DNA of 64,000 nt, taken from NCBI RefSeq assembly GCF_046119375.1, contig NW_027362772.1, positions 151,528,001 to 151,592,000 on the forward strand. Direction: 5' to 3'. Positions 12,629 to 25,257 of this stretch are shown here, one piece after another (position 1 is the first letter of the stretch; every line of letters begins with the position of its first letter). The translations under genes were made by a program, and so were the position numbers. This DNA is from Phyllobates terribilis (Eukaryota). Under the pieces are notes generated by a model. That model had not been told where the DNA came from. It worked only from the letters and a program-made list of their open reading frames with translations, and searched no databases.

Positions 12629-12947
12629 AACTAGAGCTCTAGTGCCACCTATAGGACATAGCAATCATAAAAGTCAATATCGACCCTTTAATGAGCTTTG
12701 TCATATGACTTGGGATAAGATGCCAAACCAGAAGCTCCATTCACAGAGACTTGTTTTGTTTTTGCCACTCACCAGTGCAAACCATGAGAACAATAATCTC
12801 AATTTGCAGCAAATTGTCTCTTCAGAGAGGAAGAGGACTAGAACTATGGTTCTGGCTTTTATCCTAAGTCATATGACAAGACTCATTAAAGGGTCGATAT
12901 TGACTTTTAGGATTGCTGCTTCCTATAGGTGGCACTAGTGTTCTAGT
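12629..12947. mobile_element. MITE-like element with ~65-bp inverted repeats
   Basis: CTAGTGCCACCTATAGG...AAAAGTCAATATCGACCCTTTAATGAG is mirrored at 12881-12947. Confidence 0.7.
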
Positions 12948-13059
12948 TTTCTTCCTCTTTGAAGAGACAATTTGCATATTTGCCAGAGGAGCATTGTGGC
13001 TTAAAAGTCTCCTTCCCTTGACATGCTTAACATGTCACTCTCTGCAAGGAGAAACGATA

Positions 13060-13700
13060 CCCTGTTCAGAAATGCAACAGGTGTGTGTTTTGAATCGTGG
13101 TCATGTTGGAAAACTGCACGTCTACCAAGCACACTGAGTGATGGCAGCATCTTCTCTTTCAGTATAGAGCAGTACATCTGCAAAATCATGATCTCATCAA
13201 TGAGATGTAGCACGTGACACCAGCAGCACTAATGCAGCCCCACATAAGGATACTGCCACCACCATGTTTCACTGTAGGCACCATGCATTTTTCTAAATTA
13301 ATTTTCCTAAATGCATGGTGCCTACAGTGAAATATGGTAGTGCAGTGTCCTTATGAGTGCTGCTGATGTCAGGGGGCTACATTTCATTTATGGTATCATG
13401 AATTCACAGATATACTGCTCTATATTGAAAGATGCTGCTATCACTCCGTACCTTTGGTAGACGTTCACTTTTCCAACATGACAATGATCCAAAACACAAC
13501 ATCTGTTGCAGTTCTGAAGAAGAACCAGATGAAAGTGTCTCAGTGGCCAAAGTATGTCTCCTGATCAGAACTTGATCGAACACCTAGGGAGAATTGTGAA
13601 GAGACAAGTTGTCATCACTCTCCATCCAGCATCCATTCTCTAAAAGAGGTCGTTCTTGAAGAATGGAAGAAGATAGATGTTGTAGTGTGTCACCAACTTG
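13060..13700. pseudogene. Two Tc1 transposase fragments in inverted (fold-back) arrangement
   Basis: Minus arm encodes ...LGRRAVFQHDHDSKHT; plus arm encodes ...FQHDNDPKH and then decayed W-P...S-P-D...IEHL. Arms 13060-13290 and 13309-13530 are diverged reverse complements. Confidence 0.8.
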
Positions 13701-14815
13701 TCCTGTATTATTTACTCCTCTTTAATTTTCACTTTCTTATTGTGGGTGAAATTTTGAAACCTTGGAACCATTTACAGGTTTTCCTTAAAGTAATGGTTTA
13801 AACTCGCAATATATCCAATCCAACATATAATGGTTGTTACTGTACAAATTAAAGGAGCTTTCTGCTATAAGTTATTACCTCTCCACTGTATAGTTGAGAA
13901 GTGTTAGATCGGTGTGGCTCCCAATGCTGGAATCCACACCAACTGTCTGAAAAGTGGACTTGTATCACGTGTTCTTCCCCGGTCAGAAGCCGTTGAATAG
14001 AGAAGCAGGTCGCACATGTGCTCTGCTGATTCGTCCCAAGTCTATGACGCAGAAGATTGCCGAGCTCTGCATTCAATTATCTTCGTCAGCGCCATTGATT
14101 TGAATGGAGGAACAGGGCATCTGCACAACTTGTGGCTTCATTCAACTCCTCCTAGCCACTATTTTGCAACCAGGAAAAAAACGAGGACACAAGTTCCCCA
14201 TTCTATCCATCAGTGGAGGTCCACACCCATCTAATAGATACTACCTATCCAGTTGATAGGTGACAACTAGTTTAGGCATGAGAGACCATTACCTTATTTG
14301 CTTTTACCAAGTGTAATGGTTCCAAGTCACTGGAAGTGAAGAATTACTGGTGTATAGACCAGAAGAAGATTTTTAGAGAAAGGTGAAGACCTAGTCATCT
14401 TCTTCTGAGGTTTGCCCTGCTAATTGTCCACTTCTTGCTGATACAGCAGGAGTACGTTTTCTCACATCTTGCTTAATAACTGCTTGATAAACATTGGCCT
14501 AAGAATTTGTCTTTACTCTGTTACTAAGCCCATTGTCAATTTCCTCATTTTCTCCACAAAAACCTTTTCAGGAAACAGACGTGGTGAGCGGTTAAGACAC
14601 TCATCTCTTCCCAGCATTAGGGTTGCCTCATCCTGCATGGCACATTGCGGATACCAAAGGACGTGATACCTTAATACCACGTATATTGCCGCCATGTATG
14701 CAGACAACTATACTTGGCCATGAAATGTCCCGCATGTCCGAGTTTGGACTGCTGCTCCAACTAGTGTATATGTAAATATGTTGGAAGTGGTGTAACACAA
14801 GTGTGTGTGTGTATG

Positions 14816-14845
<30 letters not shown>

Positions 14846-14847
<2 letters not shown>

Positions 14848-15153
14848 GTACAGACCAAAAGTTTGGACACACCTCATTTAAAGATTTTTCTGTATTTCCG
14901 GTGACTACCTCTTGAAGCTCATCAAGAGAATTACAAGAGTGTGCAAAGCAGTCATCAAAGCAAAAGGTGGCTACTTTGAAGAACCTAGAATATAAGATAT
15001 ATTTTCAGTTGTTTCACACTTTTTTGTTAAGTATATAATTCCACATGTGTTAATTCATAGTTTTGATGCCTTCAGTGTGAATGTACAATTTTCATAGTCA
15101 TGAAAATACAGAAAAATCTTTAATTGAGGTGTGTCCAAACTTTTGGTCTGTAC

Positions 15154-15155
<2 letters not shown>
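14846..15155. mobile_element. Internally deleted Tc1/mariner element (310 bp)
   Basis: TIRs CAGTACAGACCAAAAGTTTGGACACACCTCA at both ends; embedded in (CA)/(TA) repeats. Confidence 0.85.
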
Positions 15156-15213
<58 letters not shown>

Positions 15214-15215
<2 letters not shown>

Positions 15216-15990
15216 GCTGCAAGCGTCCCTCTGTCTGAAGCCTTTATAGACTGCGCATGCGTGACCCGCAGTCTGGCTCCAGACAGAAGAACGCTTGGAG
15301 CCGTTACAGGTAAGAGGAGGTGTATGGCGCCAGAGATCGCGGTATGTGTAGACACTGAACGCATACTGCGATCTCCGGAGCCATACTTACCTGACCGGGA
15401 GGAGCGTTACGCCTCTCTTCTGGCCGGAGACCGGGGCAGGAGTGAGGCGTCGGATCGGCGCATGCGCATAGCGCTATCCGGCGCCATTTTACTGAAGACA
15501 CATTTGCAGTGTCTTCAGCAAAATGACACCGGACAGCGCGGTGCTCCGGCACCTCACTCCTCCCCCGGCCTCCGGCAGAACAGGACACAGCAGCGCTGGA
15601 GCACAGAGAAGAAAGGTGAGTATAACTGTTTATTTTTTTTGGATGTGTGTACAGCGTGAAAGGGATGCGGGGGCTACACATACCAGGATTGGGGTGAGGG
15701 GTACCACACATACCAGGATTGGGGTGAGGGGTACCACACATACCGGGATTGGGGGGATGAGGGGTGCCACACATACCGAGATTGGGGGGATGAGGGGTAC
15801 CACACATACCAGGATTGGGGTGAGGGGTACCACGCATACCAGGATTGGGGTGAGGGGTACCACGCATACCAGTATAGGATGGTGGGGACAGGATGGGGGC
15901 AGCACAAATACCAGGAGGGGGGCAGCACTGGGAGACCATATACCAATAAAAATGCTCGCCACCCGGGCGTAGAACGGGTTCAATAGCTAG
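15214..15990 (+). mobile_element. Helitron-like non-autonomous element carrying a 30-nt minisatellite
   Basis: 3' end CCCG-GGCGTAGAA-CGGG hairpin followed by ...CTAG|T, inserted in (TA)n. The 5' TC terminus was not seen. Confidence 0.5.
15676..15872. repeat. 30-nt G-rich tandem repeat (ATACCAGGATTGGGGTGAGGGGTACCACAC)
   Basis: About 6 visible copies. Confidence 0.9.
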
Positions 15991-16003
15991 TATATATATA
16001 TAT

Positions 16004-16058
<55 letters not shown>

Positions 16059-16249
16059 CATACATACATACACACACACTATATGCAATGTTTATATATA
16101 TGAGTATTTATACAGTGTATATATATACACACACATATGTATGTGTCTTACACCATTCCAACCCCCTCACTGTACAAATACCTTTGCACAGGTCTTAGAA
16201 CACAGCCAGGATCCTCTTCTAGAAGTGAAAGATCACGTGGCAGCTGTAA

Positions 16250-16632
16250 AAGAACCTGTCACCAGGTCAAAAATTACCATTTTTTTCTCTTGTTTTATTC
16301 CCGCTGCTCCCCTGAGTGTTCTAGGTTGTTTTGTTTGTTTGTTGTTGTATTTTTAAATCCACCAAACGGTTCTAAAGATATGTGCCTTTTTACTTAGTGC
16401 TAACTTTTAGGATCTTTGCCAAGGCTCTTAGGATCCTCTGAGGCGTGTCTGCTTTGCATTATTACCATGTGTGCCTCACCCACTTGGTAAGGATCATAAA
16501 AATCAACACTAAATAAAATGGTCCATATCTCTGGAACTGTGTGGCGGATTATTAAAAAATCTGAATACTCAGGAGCAGCAGGAATAAAATAGGATCAAAA
16601 GCTGGACCCTTTTAGCCTAGTGACAGGTCCTT
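16250..16632. mobile_element. T2/Kolobok-type MITE
   Basis: TIRs AAGAACCTGTCACCAGG and rc AAGGACCTGTCACTAGG; right TTAA, left GTAA; same family as 22917-23305. Confidence 0.7.
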
Positions 16633-16862
16633 TTAAAGTGTGTAACAGAAAGATGACCGCCTCCATAATCATGTACAGAGAGTATAAAAAATTCTACTAA
16701 AAAGAGTAAAAAGAAAAGAAAGAAAACACTAGTATCTTGTGTTAATTAGTAAAAGAAATCCGGGTGATACATTCCAGCTTAGATATTATACTCTATATTA
16801 ATATTCTACTCCTTGTGGCCCTCAAGCTTTAGCACACACTGATGCTGAGAATCGTAGTGTTA

Positions 16863-17314
16863 CTGGTTACGGACAATTTCATGTGCCCTGACAAAGGATG
16901 GTTCGAAACGCGCGTTGGGGGGTGGAAACAAGGGAAGGTTGCAGCCCTCCTTTATTGGTGTTTATTCTAAGGTATTATGCCATTTACAACTTTTGCCACC
17001 ATGTAAAAAATTTCTATCATGTTCTGATCCTTGGTTCTTATGCCTGGATTATTTCTGACACCATGCCACTCTACTATAATGGAGGATGTACAAATACATG
17101 CACTCATGTGCAGAGTACCACTGTGTAGCTACTCACCAATAGATATAGTTATATATATCAGCTCCTCTGTGCACCCCATACACAGTTGTGCTGCACATTT
17201 ACACTTTTCCTATTTCCCTTACCTGTATATTGTATTTTGTTAATAAAATTTGCTATTTTTTAACCATATTTTGGACTTTTGATCTTTTATTTCTTCTTGC
17301 TTCTGGTTACGGAC
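16863..17314 (+). mobile_element. Penelope-like terminal repeat fragment with a degenerate hammerhead core
   Basis: CTGACAA...GAAACGCGCGTT at 16888-16916; AATAAA near 17241; direct repeat CTGGTTACGGAC at 16863 and 17303. Confidence 0.45.
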
Positions 17315-18330
17315 CATTGAAGTTTATCAGATACTATCAACATTTTAAGAAGATTTGAATCCTAATTTGCACTATAGAACTTTTGTGCAAAATGCTGCAT
17401 ATGTTCGGGAAATGAATGATTATACCGAGAAATCTATTCCCTTTTTTTTATGTTTAGCTGAAGGGCCTTTTTTTTTATTTTTCCATTTTTTTATATTATT
17501 CCACAATTATAGCATTCAGCTTTCAAAACACAAGTTAATTGATGGCCCCAGGGGAAATATTCCCAGAAAATGTGCAATGTTTGTTAGCGATTTTTATAAT
17601 TAAAACGTGGAGTAAAAAGTTGGCCTCACTTTTGCTCTTTGCACAGTCGTCTAAATAATTGCATAGATAATGAACTGCTGGAATTCCTGAGTGTTAGTGA
17701 GTTTGTAACTTTTTAGGGTTTCCTGTGCATTCATTGTATATCTTCAAGAGCCAAAGGAAATAACCCCTTTGGAGCCTTCCTGCCCAACTCTGCCACTTGC
17801 AAATAAGACAGATGTTGTATCGGGGAAGGCCGGGCCCTTTTCCCCACCCCCTTCAACATCAAGTACAAAAGGTTTGGCAACCATTCAAGAGTTCCCAGCA
17901 GTTGTCTGACTTCCCAGCAGGTCAGTTCAGGACTTAACCCCCTGTGAGCCGACGCTGCCTAACACTACTTCATATGTAACTTATTTCTCTCAAAGTGCCT
18001 CTTTTTTTCTTTGGGTAATATGAGAGCTGCTCCACAGTCCAGCCTGCAACATTTCTCGCAATTCACCACCAATGCTCGGCATGTGAAGAACTCCCCTCCC
18101 CGCTTGATCCTTCTATCTCATGGTCAAGCACATTAGTGTTCACTTCTCACAGTAATCACGGTTACGGAGAATATTAATATGTATACGGAGTGCCATGGGA
18201 TATGCTGGCAGCTGTCCATCAGAGCTGTAAACCCTTTACTCCGTTGCCAAGTTTAGTGGCCTTGTAAAAGTACGTGAAAAGTGCGTTCACATTTCAGAGA
18301 GTCTAATCAACTAAAAACCAGCACAGAAGA

Positions 18331-18690
18331 AACTTTTTTTACAACTCCTAGAATACACTGCCAGTGCCACTATAGTTGGAGTGCCGTCGATTGCTTAACA
18401 CAACCTCAAATAGAATAATTCCCCAAAAATTATTATGTGATCAAAGTTACCCATTTGCCCTTCAATTATTTTTGGACAATTAAGCCAAAAAATTACACCC
18501 AACTCCAAACTTTTTTACAACTCCTAGAATACACTGCCAGTTCCACTATATTTGGAGTGCAAACGATTGCTTAACACAACCGCAAATAAAATAATTGCCC
18601 AAAAATTGTTATGAGATCGAAATTACCCATTTGCCCTTCAATTATTTTTGGACAATTAAGCCAAAAAATTACACCCAACTCCAACTTTTT
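18331..18690. repeat. Tandem duplication of a ~176-bp unit (2 copies)
   Basis: ACAACTCCTAGAATACACTGCCAG...AATTACACCCAACTCCAA repeats, with unit starts near 18331, 18508 and 18683. Confidence 0.9.
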
Positions 18691-18929
18691 CTAATATATG
18701 ATTCGTCACTTTCCTATAGTCCACACTTCCCCAAATACTCCAGCATAATGCCCTGTAATCACTTGAAATATGACAGCCCTAAAAATTATTGGCAGCGCTC
18801 CATTAGACCCCTAAGGTCATTTAGGCTCCAAACTATAAAAATACCCTAGATCAGTGGTCCCCCAACCAGCGGCCCTCTGCTCAAGAGAATTCCACTCTCA
18901 ACTGTATCAGTGTCCACAGCCGGCATAAT

Positions 18930-19420
18930 TGAGGGGGTTCCTCAGAGGGAATTATTACTTATTAAGGGGGCAGTCAGGGACATACTACTTTATAAGGGGC
19001 ACTCGGGGGATGATCACTTCTGTAAGGAGGCACAAGGTACATTATTACTTTATAAGGGGGTTACTAAGGGCATTATCACTTTATAAGGGGGTTACTAGGT
19101 GCATTATTACTTTATAAGGGGAGTACCAGGGGCATTATTACTTTATAAGGGAGGTACTAGAGGCATCATTACTTTATAAGGGGTCACTTGGGAAATTACA
19201 ACCTTTTAAGGGGCTTCCAAGATAACTTTGCATAGAATGTAAATTATTCACATAAAATAAGAATTATTACTTGTTAAACGGGCAGTCAGGGACAAACTAC
19301 TTTATAAGAGGCACTTGGGGAAGGAGGTAGAAGGTACTTTATTAGGGGGCACTAGAAGCATTATTACTTTATAAGGGGGCACTCAGGAAATTACAACCTT
19401 CTTAGGGGCTTCTAAGATTT
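18930..19420. repeat. Degenerate ~31-nt minisatellite (GCATTATTACTTTATAAGGGG core)
   Basis: The core recurs about 10 or more times. Confidence 0.8.
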
Positions 19421-19968
19421 CTAAGGGGCGTGTAAGATGGTTTGCTATTATCTTTCAGAGCTGAATGTGGTACTAAAAGTAAGAAAGATTGGTGACCCCA
19501 TTGGGATGTCCAGGATTAGGCTCTGTTCACAATTGAGCTTGGAGCCTCCTTTGGAGTTTCCATCCCAATGTTTTGTGTTTTTTTTTTGTTTTAATGGCAA
19601 GAATAGCGTAAGACAGTTTGAACATAAACATAATAATATAGTATTGATGTAAGTCAGATAACTTCTCTTTTTGTCCCGTATGTCATTTATTTTAAAGGGA
19701 AGGCAATACTTTTTGAAAAAGCATTTGGCTTCTCTCACTTCCAACGATCAACTTTTATCGAGGTGAGAAGCCACTGCCAAACCCCCATTACATTTCACAA
19801 TTGCACTCTATGTGTAAAGTTGAGTAAGTTTGTAAATACTCTATGGCATTTGTTCTGATTTTAGTTAAAGGATTACTCTCAAAAACAAAAGTCATCCCCT
19901 ATCCACAGGATAGGTTTTCTGATCCTGAGATCCAAAGCCCCATTCTCAGGATCACATTGGGTCGCAAT

Positions 19969-20665
19969 TAGTGATGAGCAAATAAATTCAAGTTGAATTG
20001 AATTCTACTTGAATTTTCCAAAAATCCACCTTTGCTAAAATGTACATTTTTTGTAATGTGCGTCCGTGTGGAATCAGCAGAATAGCGTCCCTATGCCCCC
20101 AATTTTATTGATCTATAAAGTGACATCAAAATGTTAAAAAAAAATCCTTATACTCACCTTTTTGGTCTCTCGACGTCACCCATCTTCAGATCGCCTCCGC
20201 TTGGGCTGATATCCTTGAGCCTCTAATGCTGGGCCAGGACTTCTGACTATGATCAGGGCTTGGAAGGGTTTTCTACATGCGTGCGAAAGGTCACGGCGTC
20301 ATGATGTCTTTGGGTGCACCGTAACCTTGTGTGCGCATGCTCAGAACCCTCCTAGGCCACATCAATGATAGAAGACCTGACCCAACGTGGGAGGCACGGG
20401 TATTTCAACATGAGCGGAAGCAATCTGAAGATGCAGCGAGGACTGGATAGGTGACGGTGAGGAGCAGAGGGGTGGGAGAATCAGCGGTGTGTATAAGGAC
20501 TTATTTTTTACATATTACGTTTATTATACTCTGGGGACTGGAGACACCCTAGAGTATAATCAGGAACAATACATTTGCGGAGAATAACTTCTTCAAAAAC
20601 CTAATTTTCCAAGGAAAAAAAAGCAAACCGGTAAACTAGAATTTTACCTGATCTGCTGATCTCTA
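19969..20665. mobile_element. hAT-type MITE with 8-bp TSD
   Basis: Termini TAGTGATGAGC and ...GCTGATCTCTA; flanks GTCGCAAT (19961-19968) and GTCACAAT (20666-20673), one CpG-type mismatch. Confidence 0.75.
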
Positions 20666-22916
20666 GTCACAATGGTTAGGCCCTCAGCGATTCCAAAAAA
20701 GCTTTGGCTCTTACACTTTACATGCTTGACCTCTGCTCTATTGACTATCTATATGAATGCGGGACAAAGCCGAGTATAGTGTTCAGCTATTACTGATAGT
20801 CCCATAGACAATTGATAGAGCAGTGGTCGAGCTTGTCCATCTCTGCATCAGTCAAGATGAGGTTCTGCAGAACCCTGATCCCAGGAACTAGAGGCACATT
20901 CTTGTGATCCATGGGGTTCCAAGTGGCCAGACCCCAAGTGATTTATGTATGTTTTACCATTCAGGTACAGTAGATATCTGGTGTCAAAGTTTCTCTGGAT
21001 GTCATTGGAAACCTGCAATGGTTTATTAATACTCTGTAGCCAGACCGTAACCTAATGATTTGTCATCTGAGCTCCCACTGTTACACACCTATTCCAGATA
21101 TCCTGGTGCTCTGCATCCTTCACCTTGGTCCGCTGCTGTCTGTTGTGCTCCACATCCGGCTTACAGGTTGTCTAGTGTGGCTCAGTGATGTCATCTCTTT
21201 AATCCTATTTAAGGCCTATTAGGACACACATGTATGTCTTAGAGGTGAGACTCTAGACTTCTATTTCGTCTACTCCACCTTCTGTGCATACAGTGCTTCA
21301 ACTTCCATTCATGCTGGATTCCACTTCATCCATCCTGCTGCTCGTGAGATTCCTGAGTGTGTTGAGTCTTCGCTTCCCACGTGCCTTCCTGCTTGCTGTA
21401 CCAACGCCAGGGTCTGTGTGCCCACCTGGACTTGAGGCTCAGAGGATCCACCTCACCAGGTGAGCCTAAACACCCACATTGCACTTCTATCTCCAATGAT
21501 GGAATTATGGCATAAAGGATTACTCTAAATGGCTTTCACTTACTGTAATTCACTCCTTTTTAATTGTATTAAAAATAAGGTCTACATAAATATCAATTTT
21601 TCTGCAGCGAACAGGGAAGTATTGTTTTTAATTTTTTTTAGGAATAAAGGTATGGAAAAATAAAGTAGTGACTCCTAATAAACCACTGTCTCACCTAACT
21701 TTAATCCGTATCCTAAAAGTGGTTCATCAGATAATTCTTCTCGGTTGGAGTGAAGAAACTTCCGTATTCACTTTGTTCACACTGATATTGACACCTGATA
21801 TTGTTGGCGTGTTTCAATTGCTTGGGTTTTGTGTTCTTACCTTATCTTTGTATGCAACTGATTACTTATAAGGGCTGTAAGATGGTCGCCGGACAGGTCC
21901 TCGAGGGGAAATATGTATCATCAAGGTTGGTAGTCTTGGTGATGTAAGCCCGGAAAAGCAGGCTCCAGTAGGAGCTCCAATAGTGCTGAGAGAGTTAGTA
22001 TGGCGTGTCAGGGCTGGGTTTATGAGCAGTCAGAGAGATGGGTGTGACTGACTGCTCACCGGGGCGTGGTACAGCGGATAAAAAGGAGACCAGTTGTCTC
22101 ATTGCGGGTCTGTGTGTGGAGGTGTGCAGACCTCCAGTGTTGTTTGTCTTTGCTAAAGACTATAGAGCTGGACACTGACCCAAGCGGGCGAATCTGCACT
22201 ACTATATGAAATATTTATTTTATGTCTTCACTTTGTGCCAGAAAAGACTGTTTTTTGTTCTGTTGTCCTGAGTGGTTTATGGAGTTTTAATAAACCAGCA
22301 CGGACGTTTTACTGAAACCGCTTCCCGTGCCTACCTCAAAAACGCAACTGATTGGGTAGAAATCTTCCATGGTATATACTAAGGTTTATACAGTTGGCTT
22401 ACCTAAAGATCTATCCAAAATAATGGTGACATTTATCTAAGCGTTAGACAGCTTTAATCTGTCAGTTTTTTTTTCCATACATAAAATACGTTCCATGTTT
22501 TATTTTTAGTGTGCTTATTATTGGGTCTATGCGTCAATTTATACAATTCTTGTTGCATCCATATTTCTCATAAAAAAAAAAACTTGGCTTCTTCTACCCA
22601 TTAAACAGTAAAATATGGACAGCACAAGGATGACATCCCTGTCCTATCTGTTTTTTTTTTCACGGGACCACAGATCAAAGTAGGACATGTCTCAGTTTTT
22701 AGTTTAATTTTGTGGACAATCAGTCTGTAAAAACAGGACTTGTGAACAAGCGCATGGATTGTAATGGCTCTGTGATGTAAGAAAATGTCCCTAGTAAGTA
22801 TTGTTTCTCCTTATATATGGCACTTTATAGAGCCTATGTAGCAATATACACGGACTTTGGACATCTGCATGTCTGTGCATTTCCATACTGGCTACATAGC
22901 TCAGCCGTAATTTTAA

Positions 22917-23305
22917 AGTGGACCTGTCACCAGGTCAAAAGTGGCCAGTTTTTGCTCTTTATTTATTCTTGCTGCTCCCCTGAATATTTTGTTTTTCGTC
23001 TTTTTAAAATCTGTCAAATTGTTCCAGAGATATGGGCCTTTTTATTTAGTGCTAATTTCAATGGTCTCTACAAAGGGGGTGTGGCTCACAGGGTCCTTGT
23101 GGGTGTGTCTTATGGCTGCCCTGCATAATTACTATGTGAGCACCGCCCCCTTTTAAAGAACATAAAGATTAGCACTAAATAAAAAGGCCAATATCTCTGG
23201 AACCATATGGCGAATTTAAAAAAATATAAAAAGCAGAATACTCAGGGGAACTGTGGGAATAAAATAAGAAAAAAAACTGGCTACTTTTACCCTCTGACAG
23301 GTTTT
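22917..23305. mobile_element. T2/Kolobok-type MITE
   Basis: TTAA|AGTGGACCTGTCACCAGGTCAAAA start and ...TGACAGGTT end; homologous to 16250-16632. Confidence 0.65.
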
Positions 23306-25257
23306 TTTTGTGGCTCATAGTAGTCTCGTACAAACATTGACAATAGTACTGTGACCATGTGGATCCAAAAATAAGCCTCATCCCCGAGAATAAGGTTTGA
23401 TCTTGTCAGACTGAGCATCCTTGTAAACGCCATCTGTAGATAAGCAGTGTCTGGTATGGCGTGTAGTCATATTCTGACTTTACGCCTTGATGGTCATATG
23501 GGTTTCCAAAATTAGAAAGTGATCTTGGTGCCTCCAGTTTCCTCTTACATGGTGGGCTGATTTCAGTGTCTGCACTTGCTACATTAGCTTTGCTTTATAA
23601 GGTCCCACCACACATTACACATTACACAATGCCCATAGCAACCATAACACCTAACGGGCTTCATAACTTTCTCTGAACCAAGATGTAGGGTCAACTGCTC
23701 CCATTCTTTCATACACAAGACTTTACATCTCACTTATATTCGCTGATCGCGTCATTCTTTAGAGCGGTTTAAGAAATCAAGGCCGACCTCTGGTTGCTTG
23801 CTATGGACGATAAGGCCATTTCACTGATAGACAGCATGAAGGTTGGAAGTGGCCCCCTTTCACCTTGGGCCCCTGTTTCACAAACAGTATGTCCGATCTT
23901 GGTACTTGTATGACGCATATTGAGAGCGGGTATATGGAGCAGGCTCAGGAGCTGAGCCAGTTACATACTGGGCAGATGCCAGCTGTGTTCACACTGTGTA
24001 TTATTCCGGCGTTTTTTGAGCGGCGCTGCTCCTAAAAACACCAGAAAAAGTGCAAAAGAAAAAAAGTCATAACAATCGCCCTGTTTGTTTCAGTGGAAAA
24101 CTGTATGCTTTTGAGCCCCCTTTAAATGTTTCAGGCCTTCAAAAAGTGACCTGTCCAATTTTCAGGCATTTTCTGCAAGGATGACGCGCCATACTGTCCA
24201 ATAGAAGTCAATGTGAAGGCTAAAAAAAATGTCCAGACGTTGTTAGCATTTTGTAAACATTTTCACCTGCAAAAAAACAAAAACAAAAGAGCACGTTGGC
24301 GTTTTATTCATTGCTTAATAGATTTAAAAAAAAATGTTCTAGAAAATGGCAATAAAAAGGCAGGCAAAAAACGTTAACCAGCGTTAACTTCAGGAAATAA
24401 CCAAAAAACGCTAATAAAAAAAAGCTGAAGTTTACAAAACGCCAAGAGAACGCCTGAAAAAGAGAGCCCTGCCTGAAGCATCTTCTGCTTGAAAAACAGA
24501 CATTTTTGACTGCCATTGTCTCTTTAAACTGAGCAATATAATTTCCCTGAAGTTTAATTGACTTGGGGTTATACTGTGATGCTTAAGTTATCCATTTGAG
24601 GGACAGTGTATATAGGTTTGTGGGAAAAGATTCAGTAAAACTTGTATTTTGTTGATGTAAATGCCTGCTCATTCTTGGTTCAGAGGTTAAGTGGCCGGAT
24701 ATAATCAGTGACTGACAGCCTTTCCAGTATAAGCATGAATAGAGATAGCTGTCATCCACAGAATATGACCACCTTCTGGACCTCTGAGCCAAGAATGACC
24801 ATGAAAAATTAATAAAATACAACTTATACCAAACCTTTCTCCGCAAAACTATACACAGTACAGAAGATACACCTTATCCTTTGCTCTGCCATGATGACAC
24901 CTTGTTGTATACTAAAAGAGAGGAGGTCACATAGCAAAAAAACAATATAAAGGATAGAAGAGCCTGGTGTTAATTTCCCCTCCAAGTCTATTTCATGGTC
25001 ATTTGGACAATTCTCACCCCTGTGTCTGATAACAAGACAGTTCTTCTGAGAAAAAGGGAGTCCTGCATAGGTGGGACCAATCATGGCTTCAAGGACACAA
25101 AAGGAGTAGCAATCTCTCCTTTAATAGTAAGTGCACCCCTGATAAAACTTACTACTATAGTCAGTGTCAGACTGGGGCTCCAAGGACCCACCAGTTACCA
25201 ACTCCAGGGCCCCACTCATAAACACAAATTAATATAACAATGAACTGGGTAGATTGT

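Noticed and set aside
21035-22369. Two possible solo LTRs (21035-21478, 21876-22369)
   Set aside because: TG...CA-like ends are present but there are no TSDs or internal homologues, so they cannot be confirmed by eye.
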